64,000 nt of DNA. Origin: a virus. This document shows, piece by piece, positions 1-10,000 of the stretch. Within the stretch, counting starts at the first letter, position 1. Every line of letters starts with the position of its first letter. The notes below the pieces were generated by a model, which was not told where the DNA came from, did no database searches, and saw only the letters and a program-made list of their open reading frames with translations. The stretch is taken from positions 5,310 through 69,309 of the IMG/VR virus record IMGVR_UViG_3300021963_000105; one strand, given 5' to 3'. The position numbers were made by a program, and so were the translations under genes.

Positions 1-504
1 CTCATCCTCAATACGAGCCATATAATCCAATAGATAATCATGCCCCAAATCAGTTTCAATACCAACTTTCATTGCCTTATCTACCAAATCCTTAATCCTA
101 TCATAGTTACCTGCTTTGAGTAAATCTACGGATTGAATAATTACCTCTTTCAGATTCTGATTGATACAAAATGATGAGAATTCTTTCTTCACATAATCCA
201 TATCTTCTTGTCCAACTTGCGTATAAACTACTTTAAGTTGTTCAACTATGGTTTTTTGTAAAGATGGATTATCTACTTTGGATATTTCTGATTTGAATAC
301 ATCCAATGTAGGTTCTTTCTTAAACTCATCAAAATAATCTTTTATTGTTTCAACTATCCATTTATTAGCTTCCGATTCGAAAAACTTCTTATGGATAATA
401 TCACTTAATGAATCCAAAAGTTTAGCATCGGTTAATAATGCAGATATTACTTTTGATTGAAACGATTGACCGTATTTAGATAATGTATCTAATGCTTCTG
501 CCAT
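1..504 (-). CDS. Replicative DNA helicase (T4 gp41/DnaB-like), N-terminal part, truncated by window edge
   Basis: ATG at 504. Hand translation MAEALDTLSKYGQSFQSKVISALLTD...YDRIKDLVDKAMKVGIETDLGHDY resembles the N-terminus of gp41-like helicases, and the gene follows UvsX and the exonuclease. Walker motifs lie outside the window. Confidence 0.7.
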   Translation of the reverse strand, partial: MAEALDTLSKYGQSFQSKVISALLTDAKLLDSLSDIIHKKFFESEANKWIVETIKDYFDEFKKEPTLDVFKSEISKVDNPSLQKTIVEQLKVVYTQVGQEDMDYVKKEFSSFCINQNLKEVIIQSVDLLKAGNYDRIKDLVDKAMKVGIETDLGHDYLLDYMARIEDE

Positions 505-510
505 TTATTT

Positions 511-1554
511 TTATTTAACTATAATGTTTGAAAATGTTGATTTTAACCAATCGTTAATATCACTCCAATTTTGTAGGATTTTGTATTTGGCTCCTACTTT
601 AAAGAACTCCATCTTTTCAAACTTCTTATTTGGTTCTCTAAACCTATCTAAAATTTTCATCTTTTCATTGGTGGAAATTATAGGTTCGGCTAATTGCATT
701 AATTGTTGATTTCTTAAAATAACATCTTTGTTAGCTACAATATCGGAATACAATTTAGATTCTTTAATTTTGGTTTCCGCAATATCAAAAAACTCATCAA
801 ATTCTATCTTTCTATCTTCACTTAATTCAGGGAATCTTTTTAGTACAGTCTTCAATCCACAACCTTTCACACCCGGAATATTATCCGAATTATCGCCATC
901 CAGCGTTCTGAATAAAAGTAGATTTTGTGGATATAAGCCATACTCTTCAAATACCGCTTTCCTATCATATGTTTTCTTTTTAGTTGGAGAATAGACTGTG
1001 ACCTTATCATTTACCAATTGTAGGAAATCCTTATCAGTAGATACAATTACACACTCTTCATCCTCACCCAATAGTTGTGTAGTGATGTGTCCAATAACAT
1101 CATCTGCTTCGATTCCATCATACACCATTGTTGTAACAGGCAAACTATCTAATATATCCACTAACCAAACGAATTGCCGTTTCATAGATACCTGTTCATC
1201 TTCTTGGGTCATCATTTCGGGATATTGTCTATTAACTCTGAAACGATTCTTACCTCTTTCAGATTTATACCCCTCATAAATCTTTTTTCTACCATTAGAA
1301 CCACCCTTACCATCAAAAGTAAGGATAACTCTTGTAGGGTTAAATTGGCGAATACCAAACCCTATTGATTTTAATGAACCAATAACTCCACCCGTATGGT
1401 CACCATCCTCATTCATTGTAGGATTAGTTGTCCAGCTACGGATGAAGGTATTTAGTCCATCAATGATAAGAACTCTACTATTTCTCACTCTTTTGGAGTT
1501 TGAGTCGTGTTCCGTTTCTACTTCATTGAGTAATTTTTTGTAAAGTTCTTTCAT
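511..1554 (-). CDS. 5'-3' exonuclease / phage RNase H (PolI N-terminal, FEN-like)
   Basis: Motifs IIDGLN, FDG, EADDVI, STDKDFLQL and helix-hairpin-helix GDNSDNIPGVKGCG. Confidence 0.93.
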   Translation of the reverse strand: MKELYKKLLNEVETEHDSNSKRVRNSRVLIIDGLNTFIRSWTTNPTMNEDGDHTGGVIGSLKSIGFGIRQFNPTRVILTFDGKGGSNGRKKIYEGYKSERGKNRFRVNRQYPEMMTQEDEQVSMKRQFVWLVDILDSLPVTTMVYDGIEADDVIGHITTQLLGEDEECVIVSTDKDFLQLVNDKVTVYSPTKKKTYDRKAVFEEYGLYPQNLLLFRTLDGDNSDNIPGVKGCGLKTVLKRFPELSEDRKIEFDEFFDIAETKIKESKLYSDIVANKDVILRNQQLMQLAEPIISTNEKMKILDRFREPNKKFEKMEFFKVGAKYKILQNWSDINDWLKSTFSNIIVK

Positions 1555-1577
1555 TTTGTTTGTAACATATTAGTTAA

Positions 1578-2699
1578 TTAATCTCCAATAACCTGCGAAT
1601 CTACGAATAATTCATCTGAATCCAACGAACCACCTTTTTTGTATTGTAAGATTGTTGCCTCACAAATACGCTTGTAGATTTGGTCTTTAACCGAGTCATT
1701 AGTTTCCAATAATTCAGGAAAATCCTTTGATTGGAACTTAATTTCCTCACCAGTATCCGTATCCACATAAGTGTACCAAGCACCAGATTGTTTAAGTAAG
1801 TTATTGTCTTTCATACTGCCCAACCAAGCTCCGTAGTTATCAATACCTCTATCAAAGAAGATATCAAAATCTGCCGAACGCAATGGCGGACCCATACGAT
1901 TCTTTACAACTTGACAACGAACTTTAATTCCTACAATTTGTTCATTTCCGTTCTTGTCTTTTGCTTTAATCGTTCCCATACTCTTTAATCGTAAACGAAC
2001 CGAAGCATGGAAAGCAATTGCTTTACCACCAGAAGTTGTCCACGGGTCAGAGAATGGCATAGCGTTCATCTTCTGTCTTAACTGATTTGTAAAAACCAAA
2101 GTGATTTTCTGTCTACCAATTAAGTTAGTGATTTTACGCATTGCTTTTGAGATAATGATTGCCTTATCGGTAGCGTATCCATCTTTATCGTAATCAGCAT
2201 CCATCTCCTTTTTAGTTGATGCTGCTGCTACTGAATCCACTACAATAGTTACATACTTATCTTTTGATGCAGTTCTAACTTTTTCGATAATTGTTTCGGT
2301 AAATTCAAAACACTCTTCCACAGTTTCAGCTGCTACATAAAGCATTTTAGATACATCTACTCCAATTGCGTGTAAGAACTCCGCACTTACTGCATTTTCA
2401 GTATCAATTAATACTGCCAATCCACCTAATTTTTGCGTTTCGGCAAGAAGGTGGGCGGATAGGAGTGATTTACCACTCTGCTCCAACCCAGTAACTTCGG
2501 TAATTCTACCAACAGGCAATCCACCATAAGGGCGATTGGAGATAGCCACATCCAACAATGATGCTCCGGTTGATACCCAACCCTCTACATTTGTAGGTGC
2601 TTCATCCGAATCCAAAAAGAATGCCACTTTCTGGTCTTTAGATTGTTTGTTTAGAGATTCAGCAAGTATATCTGCTAACTCTATTTCCTTTTTTGCCAT
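1578..2699 (-). CDS. uvsX: RecA/UvsX-like recombinase
   Basis: GGLPVGRITEVTGLEQSGKS (Walker A), IDTENA, VVDSVAA, NQLR, TTSGGKAIAFHASVRL, VKNR. Confidence 0.95.
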   Translation of the reverse strand: MAKKEIELADILAESLNKQSKDQKVAFFLDSDEAPTNVEGWVSTGASLLDVAISNRPYGGLPVGRITEVTGLEQSGKSLLSAHLLAETQKLGGLAVLIDTENAVSAEFLHAIGVDVSKMLYVAAETVEECFEFTETIIEKVRTASKDKYVTIVVDSVAAASTKKEMDADYDKDGYATDKAIIISKAMRKITNLIGRQKITLVFTNQLRQKMNAMPFSDPWTTSGGKAIAFHASVRLRLKSMGTIKAKDKNGNEQIVGIKVRCQVVKNRMGPPLRSADFDIFFDRGIDNYGAWLGSMKDNNLLKQSGAWYTYVDTDTGEEIKFQSKDFPELLETNDSVKDQIYKRICEATILQYKKGGSLDSDELFVDSQVIGD

Positions 2700-2710
2700 A
2701 ATAACTTATT

Positions 2711-3565
2711 TTAGTTGTTGAAAAGGTCATCAAATGCAGATGTTACGTCATCCAACTTTGGTGCTTTATGTGCTGGTGTTTCGATTGGTCCTCCCAAATC
2801 GTGCGATTCAGCTTTTGCTGTTGGTGTTGGTATTACAGATTCCGCAGGTGATGCCGTTGAAGATAATGTTTGAGCTGATACTGATGTTTCTAATTCATCA
2901 TCACCAGTTGCCGATGGGTTTAACCATCCCTCTAACACACTTTTCAACTCTGAATAAGTTAATTCTTGATAAAGGTCTGTGATTTCCATTTGGTTTGTAA
3001 GGAATTTCTTAGTTTCCTCCGCTGATTCAACCAATGGTGTTTCTTTTGGTTTTACTCTGATTGTTGTAACAGGGTATGATGTACCACTATCTTCAGCCGA
3101 TACAATCTCAACAGTGATATCTCTACCAGTTGTTGGGTCAGTAATATCGCCGTAGTCTGGGTCAGCCATATATCCTAAGATTTCTTGGTAAACAGTCTTA
3201 CCAAATCCCCAAAAACGAACACCTTCTCCTTCTTCACCTCTTACCAATACAGGTACGAATGTACGAAGTTTCGGCTCCATCTTTTTCGCTGCTTTCCAAT
3301 CTTCCTTATCACCCATACGTTTTAATTTGTCAGCGAACTCAACAATTGGGTCAGGTCTGCCAAATGACATTGGAGATAAATAAGATTTGTTGTTAATGTT
3401 GTAATGAAAATAAAGTTCGATAAAAGGATTTTCTTCGTTGAACTTATATGGGACTAATCGGATTTGATGTTTGCCCGGTGCTGGTTTCCACAATTCTACT
3501 TTCTTCGATGTGGTTGATTGCAGTTTGTTCAGTCTGCCTCTGATAGCATCTAAATTAATAGCCAT
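2711..3565 (-). CDS. Single-stranded DNA-binding protein (T4 gp32-like)
   Basis: WKP...IRLVP, FWGFGKTVY, DITDPTTGRD and acidic C-terminal tail AFDDLFNN. Adjacent to UvsX. Confidence 0.85.
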   Translation of the reverse strand: MAINLDAIRGRLNKLQSTTSKKVELWKPAPGKHQIRLVPYKFNEENPFIELYFHYNINNKSYLSPMSFGRPDPIVEFADKLKRMGDKEDWKAAKKMEPKLRTFVPVLVRGEEGEGVRFWGFGKTVYQEILGYMADPDYGDITDPTTGRDITVEIVSAEDSGTSYPVTTIRVKPKETPLVESAEETKKFLTNQMEITDLYQELTYSELKSVLEGWLNPSATGDDELETSVSAQTLSSTASPAESVIPTPTAKAESHDLGGPIETPAHKAPKLDDVTSAFDDLFNN

Positions 3566-3652
3566 TTCTTTTAAGTTTTAAGAGTTTATGATTTATGGTT
3601 TTATTTTGGTGTCTTTCCTACACCGACGTCTTATATAAATATTACGTTCTTA

Positions 3653-3684
3653 CAAAGATACAAAGAATATTTGAGATTACCAAA
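3653..3684 (-). promoter_or_regulatory. Bacteroidota-type housekeeping promoter (proximal) for the SSB operon
   Basis: Minus strand TTTG-N20-TATCTTTG matches the -33 TTTG / -7 TAnnTTTG consensus. Confidence 0.8.
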
Positions 3685-3732
3685 TGTTTTTTTAAACTTT
3701 TTTTCAATCATATATTTTTCGTATAATTGTAA

Positions 3733-3764
3733 CAAAGATAGTAATAATTTGTTACAAATCCAAA
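3733..3764 (-). promoter_or_regulatory. Bacteroidota-type housekeeping promoter (distal) for the SSB operon
   Basis: Second TTTG-N20-TATCTTTG, exactly 80 bp upstream of the first. Confidence 0.8.
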
Positions 3765-3765
3765 C

Positions 3766-3796
3766 AAAAAAGGGAAAACTTTCGTTCTCCCTTTTG
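3766..3796 (-). terminator. Rho-independent terminator
   Basis: Minus strand AAAAGGGAGAAC-GAAA-GTTTTCCCTTTT followed by T-rich sequence, directly after the stop at 3798. Confidence 0.8.
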
Positions 3797-3797
3797 T

Positions 3798-4943
3798 TTA
3801 TCGTATGATTGATTCTTTTACCAATTGTTGTAGTTGATTAACTGCCAACCTAGCTTCATTTTGTGTGATTCCTTCACCACCTTTTTCTTCTTTTTCTTTA
3901 TTATATGATTCAACTGCTTTTGCAATTATATCTACCGGTATATCTTCTTTTGCTACTTTTTCAGCAATTGCATCCATAAACTTTTGAATTGCTTCATCTT
4001 CCTTACCACTATTCATATCCAATGGTCCTGCAAATACTGCGGCTTTAGCAATACCAGCTAATACAGTTTCTCCAACAATGTGAGGTACAAATTCTGTCAT
4101 TATGTGTCCTATAAATGGCATTACACCATGCGATAATCCACCAGTTAGTACACCCAATACACCTGCTACTACTACTTTTTTAGCAACTGATTTCATTGCA
4201 TCAGTTTGTTCATCAGTTAATGGCATTCCGTTTGCCCACATTACTACACCCTCACCTGCTTTTTTGAATGTTTCAACTTCGTGTTGTGCTCCTTTCTTAA
4301 TAGCATGCCATGCACCAACTGCCTTATCTTTTAGAGCTTGACCCCAACTTCTTCTTTTTGGAGTATCTCCTTTGTGTACTTTTTCTTTGAAGAACTCTTT
4401 TTCATCTTCTTTCCAATCTTTGATACCATCTTTGATTGCTCTAACATATACTTTAGGTTTTGCTACTGCCGTTTTAGCATTTTTTCTCCAACCTGCTTTA
4501 CTTTTATCAACTCCATGCCCACCATCATGCGAATGGTCATCATGCGAATCACCTGCTATTTTAGCTTGTGTTGCTTTTTCTTTACCCATTCTAGCTGCCA
4601 TAGCAGGGTCTGCTGTGAACAATTGAGCTTGAGTAGTTTTTTGTTGTTGGGCTTGAGCTGATGAAGATGCTTGAGTATCATCACCACCTTTTGCCGCAGA
4701 TGATTTATCTCCTTTTGGTTCGGGTGTAGATTTACTACTACCTTTAGATGTTTGTTTATCTGCTTTTGGTTTTACTTTTACCATTTTTTGTGCAGCAATT
4801 CTACCAGGGTGGTCTTTAGGTAATCTTAATAAATTACGGACAACACCTTGCTTATCTTCACCCTTTTTGTTTTTATATTTTACTGTTTTATCCAACGCAG
4901 GGTCAGTATTTGCTTCATCAAGTAAATTTGTTAATTTAATCAT
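3798..4943 (-). CDS. Hypothetical protein, possibly head-packaged; N-terminal domain shared with 7093..11307
   Basis: 381 aa. MIKLTNLLDEA N-terminus, NLLRLPKDHPGR motif, His-rich patch and a Gly-rich hydrophobic C-terminal segment. Confidence 0.6.
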   Translation of the reverse strand: MIKLTNLLDEANTDPALDKTVKYKNKKGEDKQGVVRNLLRLPKDHPGRIAAQKMVKVKPKADKQTSKGSSKSTPEPKGDKSSAAKGGDDTQASSSAQAQQQKTTQAQLFTADPAMAARMGKEKATQAKIAGDSHDDHSHDGGHGVDKSKAGWRKNAKTAVAKPKVYVRAIKDGIKDWKEDEKEFFKEKVHKGDTPKRRSWGQALKDKAVGAWHAIKKGAQHEVETFKKAGEGVVMWANGMPLTDEQTDAMKSVAKKVVVAGVLGVLTGGLSHGVMPFIGHIMTEFVPHIVGETVLAGIAKAAVFAGPLDMNSGKEDEAIQKFMDAIAEKVAKEDIPVDIIAKAVESYNKEKEEKGGEGITQNEARLAVNQLQQLVKESIIR

Positions 4944-5818
4944 TATGCTAATAAGTTATAGTACTCTTTAAAATGTTTGATTCTGTCTGCCAAACCAATT
5001 GTACCTCCGTTTACTCTTTTAGTAATCTTTGTTACAACTGCATCTGAACTCCCTTCATCTGCTATTTTATGTAATCCGTTTTTAGAAAAGAACCAAGCTG
5101 CTGATAATAATGCATATGGACCAGATACTTTATCCTGATTAACTGTCATATCCTCACCGATTGATTTACCAAATGCAGTATAGTTTTCTTTTCCAGTCAA
5201 TTGGATATATCCTCTTCCTCTGAATTTGTAGCCTTCACCACTACTTTCAGGACCATTACCCATTCTACCACCATATACTCTATTTGCAATCTTTTCCGGC
5301 TTTCTCTCATAAGCTGCTGCTAAAGCTGCAGTTGGGAAATACTTTTTGAATATGCCCATCAAACCTTTTGCAGAATAGTTTAGGTTTTCTTGCGTTGCAC
5401 GGAATCCTCCACTTTCGTGTCCACATTGTGCAAGGAAGTGTGCTAATCTTAATGGTGTATTAATTTGGAATTTAGCTGCAGTATCAGGAATCATTGCGAT
5501 TACATTATCAGGAATGTGTCCTTTTAATTTTGCTAAATTCAATCCAGCTACATTTGCCACCGGAACCGCAGGTGGTGGTGTTGCTGGTGATGGTACAGGA
5601 GCGGTTGGTTGTGCTACTGGTTTTGGAACTTGAGTAATACCCATAATTTTGTTCCAAGTATTAGGTCCAACAATACCATCAGCAGTCAAACCATTCTTTG
5701 CTTGCCAAGCTTTTACAGCTTCTTCCGTTTTAGGACCGAAATTACCAATTGGTTCTAAACCCAATTTGGCTTGTAATTTCTTTACATCTTCGTTATTATC
5801 TCCTCTTTTCAATAACAT
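4943..5818 (-). CDS. Endolysin: peptidoglycan-binding domain + Pro-rich linker + GH19 lysozyme/chitinase domain
   Basis: GNFGPKTEEAVKAWQ...GLTADGIVGPNTW (PG_binding_1), plus AHFLAQCGHESGGF, ENLNYS, FRGRGYIQLTGKENY and VNGGTIGLADR (GH19). The ATG at 5818 avoids overlap with the upstream gene. Confidence 0.93.
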   Translation of the reverse strand: MLLKRGDNNEDVKKLQAKLGLEPIGNFGPKTEEAVKAWQAKNGLTADGIVGPNTWNKIMGITQVPKPVAQPTAPVPSPATPPPAVPVANVAGLNLAKLKGHIPDNVIAMIPDTAAKFQINTPLRLAHFLAQCGHESGGFRATQENLNYSAKGLMGIFKKYFPTAALAAAYERKPEKIANRVYGGRMGNGPESSGEGYKFRGRGYIQLTGKENYTAFGKSIGEDMTVNQDKVSGPYALLSAAWFFSKNGLHKIADEGSSDAVVTKITKRVNGGTIGLADRIKHFKEYYNLLA

Positions 5819-5822
5819 AGTT

Positions 5823-6593
5823 TTAATATTTTTTAATTTCTTTGTATTCCAAAATTTCATTTGGTACTATAACTATTTCATTCCATAGGGCTGTTTTATT
5901 ATCTTTACAATCCTCTATGTTACGGCAAAGATTACTCTCATTGCCAGGATACGATAACCTAAACATATTAACTGCTTTGTTCCCTCTATCGGTTGCAAAG
6001 GTTTTAGCATCCGATTTGAATGCCGCTACTAATGTTCCTTTTAACTTTACTAATATATTACTTTCCGGTCTAAAAAAATCTTTAGCTTGTGTTGTGAATG
6101 TTGATACTGAAAATTTGTATCCATTCTTAACACTATCAGCTAAATTAATCAAACCTTCTTTTGAAGTCCAATGTAATGTGGTTACTTCCTCATCAACAGT
6201 ACCATAAGTATCCATTGTGAATTGTTTATCTAATAATAAATATGGTTCAGTTGCGCCTCTTGAATAAAAAAATGCAATTTTATCATTATCTATATTAACT
6301 AAATAATCTTTATATTCTTCTCTTAAAGACCAAACTCTATGATTTACAAAATCTTCAATAAAATCCAATACTTTTTTACGAGTTTGGTCTGGAAATTGTT
6401 GAGTTTCAATATATAGTTGGTACGAAAAGTGTTTATTTATTAAATCTATAAGTTGAGGACTATAATCAATTTGCCCACCTCTCGTATCAAATCCGTTCTG
6501 CTCCAAACCCAAAAATTCATAGCAAATCATCTCCCACTCTTCAATTGTGTGGAATGCATTTTCCGGTTTGAAGTATCCTCTAACTTTGTACAT
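5823..6593 (-). CDS. Hypothetical protein (weak ADP-ribosyltransferase-like motifs)
   Basis: 256-aa ORF in the dense minus-strand gene run, with a TATTTATA motif 6 nt upstream of the ATG. Confidence 0.55.
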   Translation of the reverse strand: MYKVRGYFKPENAFHTIEEWEMICYEFLGLEQNGFDTRGGQIDYSPQLIDLINKHFSYQLYIETQQFPDQTRKKVLDFIEDFVNHRVWSLREEYKDYLVNIDNDKIAFFYSRGATEPYLLLDKQFTMDTYGTVDEEVTTLHWTSKEGLINLADSVKNGYKFSVSTFTTQAKDFFRPESNILVKLKGTLVAAFKSDAKTFATDRGNKAVNMFRLSYPGNESNLCRNIEDCKDNKTALWNEIVIVPNEILEYKEIKKY

Positions 6594-6607
6594 ATCAGAT
6601 ATAAATA

Positions 6608-7021
6608 TTACTCACTTTTATTTTCATCTCCAAATGAGATTACTTCAAAAACACGAGTTTGTATCTTTTTAGTACCGGTTGCGTTTGTAAGTATAATTGA
6701 GTTTTTGAACTTTGGCCAATCAATCACAAAGTTGGAGTTTAGAACTCCACCATTCTCCTCTTTAACTAATTCATTAAGAGCATTGATTGTATATAAAGTA
6801 TTAGATTCTTTCTTTCTATGAATAAGAATTGTGTTCTCTAATGGTGTAGATGGTTGAAACGCAGTATCTATATTATACGTTATAAACAACTCATCCAAAC
6901 TGGATTTATTTTGTAAAATATAGATATAATTGTAAACTATATGATATATTTCTCTAATTTGTTGTAGAGTATTTTGTAACTCTTCTTTTGTTGTAAACGT
7001 GCAAAGTAACTGTGTCTTCAT
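6608..7021 (-). CDS. Hypothetical phage protein
   Basis: 137-aa ORF (MKTQLLCTFT...HRKKESNTLYTINALN) that fits the gene packing. Confidence 0.7.
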   Translation of the reverse strand: MKTQLLCTFTTKEELQNTLQQIREIYHIVYNYIYILQNKSSLDELFITYNIDTAFQPSTPLENTILIHRKKESNTLYTINALNELVKEENGGVLNSNFVIDWPKFKNSIILTNATGTKKIQTRVFEVISFGDENKSE

Positions 7022-7092
7022 CCTTCTTTCTTTGTATTATTTTGATATTCTTTTAATAAATATCAAATTAGGATTGAAACATAGTTTTGGAG

Positions 7093-10000
7093 TTATTTTT
7101 TAGCTTTATTTTGTAAACACTCTCTAACATCCTTTCCAAAATAACTTGCTACTTTTTGAGTAGTACCAGCAGTTCTCCATTGGTCATTAAATAATTCAAC
7201 TTCTTTACCTTCATTCATTACACTAACTTTTTCACCACCAGGTGTTACTCTTGATTTTTTCAAAAGATGTTCTTTAAGTCCTTTTTTACCTTCTGGTGTA
7301 TTCGTATCACCTTTATATCCACTTTGTTCAGCTATACAATTTCTAATCATAGATGCTTTAACTCCATTAAAACCCATTTGTATTAAAATTGCATCATCAT
7401 CAGCATCATCTAAATCTATGTAAGTTCCTAAATGCATTGCATCCATCACACCAGAAATATAAGCTTGTGTATGTTTTCCGTTATCCGCATCTGGTCTTTC
7501 AGTAGGATGATATCCATCCGGAGCATCATCTTCAAATAATTTTTCAGTTACTTTTGTATGAACAGCCGTTACAATATCTTTTTCAGTTTGCTTTATGGCT
7601 TTAGTTTCTTCATTTACACCAAATTCTCCTAATTTAATTGCTATCTTTCCAAAAGGTTCGTATGGCAATCCTATTTGACCTAAACTTTTGATAGGTCCAA
7701 TTTCTTTTCCACTATCATCTTTATAAAAAGTTCCCTCCTCCTTTTCTATAAGTCTTGAGTTTCCATCTTTGTCATATAATCTACTATTAGAATATTCTTT
7801 CATTAATTCTAATTTTTCTTTAGTAGATAACTTTTCCCAATCTTTACCTTTACTTTGAATGTATTTTGAAAATCTATGCTTACCATCAGTAGCAATAGTA
7901 TTCAAAGTATCCATATAATTTTTCATTTTTGGAGATTCGCATGCAGAAACTACACTATCATCAATTTTCATTTTAGCTTGGCTTTTTACCGTAGCTGCAG
8001 CTGCATTAGAAACTTCTAAAATACCTTCCTCAATTGTTTTAGAAACACCTTCAGATACATCATCACCAAATTTGATTTGCATTAATCTTAATCTTTGAGC
8101 TGGAGTTGTATTATTTTGAGGGTCTTTAATTTCCGAATCTTTTTTGTTTGAAATACTAACTATTGCAGTTCTTCCGTTTTTATCTTTTCCGATTGCAAAT
8201 GTGTCGTGATATGTTTTAAATTTTTTAAATAATTTTAATTGATGCTCATAATATTTCTTATCATCACCTTCGGATTTTTCAACCATATCTTCCAAATGAG
8301 CTTGAACTGCATCATTTAATTCTGTTGTTGATTGTACAACCTTATATGGTTGCGTAGTATCTAATTTAGATTCATTTAATCTATTAATAGTTGATAATCC
8401 ACCAGCGTATGCAGCTTTCATCCATTGTGTGTAAGCTTCTATATTTTCTGCAAATCCTGTTTTTCCTGGTTTGTAAAATACACTATTATCTTTATCAGCC
8501 ATTGCCTTTTCTAAATTAACTTCAGCAAATACCGCTCGTTCAGCTAATATTCTTAAAAACTCATCACTTTTTACGTCCAATCCCAAAGAACTAGCAAACT
8601 TTTTCTCTTCTGCATTTAATCCTTTACCTCTCAATTCTTCCGTTTTTGCTTGTATTTTTTCAGAATTTTCAGTTTTGAATGTATCTAAATTATTAATTGC
8701 ATGGCAAAATTTAGATTCACCCTCACTTGCCACAGGACCACCAGCACCAGCTATACCTTTTTCCCTATTAGATTCAACTTCATTTTGATATTTAGTTATT
8801 GTATCTAAATTACCTTCATTCAAATCATCCAATATTTCTTGTTGAGTAGGTCCATTTGGTGCATCTTTGTAATTCTTATTTTTATTATCAAACCCACTTC
8901 TGTCAACATTTACAGATTCTATATTAGATTGTGATTGTTGTTGTGATGCAATGTCATCAGCTGCATCTTTTCTATCTTTTTCAGGTATTTCTTTAAATTT
9001 ACCAGATTTACCACCCTCAACATCCGCAGAAAACTCTGCTTCAAATATTAATAAAAATGCCTTTTCATCACCTTCAAAAAATGCTTTTTTAGCAATAGTT
9101 TCCGTTCTAATAAATTTAGGCTCACCATTAGGTCTATCTGAATAGTATCCACCACCTACACTATATAATGTTTTACCAGATGGGGTTTTTGCAGTTTTAC
9201 CTTTTTCATCTTCCACTTTTGGTACACTAGCTATATCCGATTTAGGTCCTTCTTGATTTGCATCTGCTTTTTTAGCAGCAACACCTTGCTCTTCCGCAAA
9301 TTTGTTAGCCATTGGTATGATATCTTTTGCATCCATATCAATAACCCTAACTTTCATATTAGCAGGTTCTCCGTTTTTAATTGCCGCAGATGTTACAGCT
9401 GCCCATCTATGATGACCATCTACCACATATCCATCTCTACTTACATAAATTGGTGCAGTTATTGATGGGTGATTAGGGTCTTTTTCCAATGCTTTCGTCA
9501 TACCAGCTACCTTTGAACCAACTAATTCTGATTGAGTTGCTTTTAGGGAATCTGATGGGATTTCAGTATCCAATACTTTAATACCTCTATCTGCCAACAT
9601 TTGTTTGAATAATGGTTCGGTATCCACTTCACCATTTTTATCAACAGGCATATCAGCCGCCGGAGTTCCAGGTTGTGGTTTACCTTTGAATTGTGGCATA
9701 TCCTCTCTTGGTATTCCTAAATTGTTATCACAATATAAGTTTGTACCGGGAACTGTCACTTGGCATAAGTTATAATTTGGAGCTTTTTCACCTTTTGCTA
9801 TTGCATCTTTAGTCATTTTATCCAACGCATCAATTTTCATTGAGATTTCTTTTTGCTCTTGTGGTGTTATTTTATCAATATCAGATTGCCCACTAAATGC
9901 AGCAGAATCTGCTTTTGGCATTTCTTTTGTTACATCATTTGGTTCTACGGGTTGGAAATCGGAATCAGGTTTGGATGCTTTTTGCATCATTTTATCTACC

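Noticed and set aside
5819-5860. Longer endolysin start (MKFWNTKK...)
   Set aside because: It overlaps the upstream gene. The ATG at 5818 begins exactly at the peptidoglycan-binding domain.
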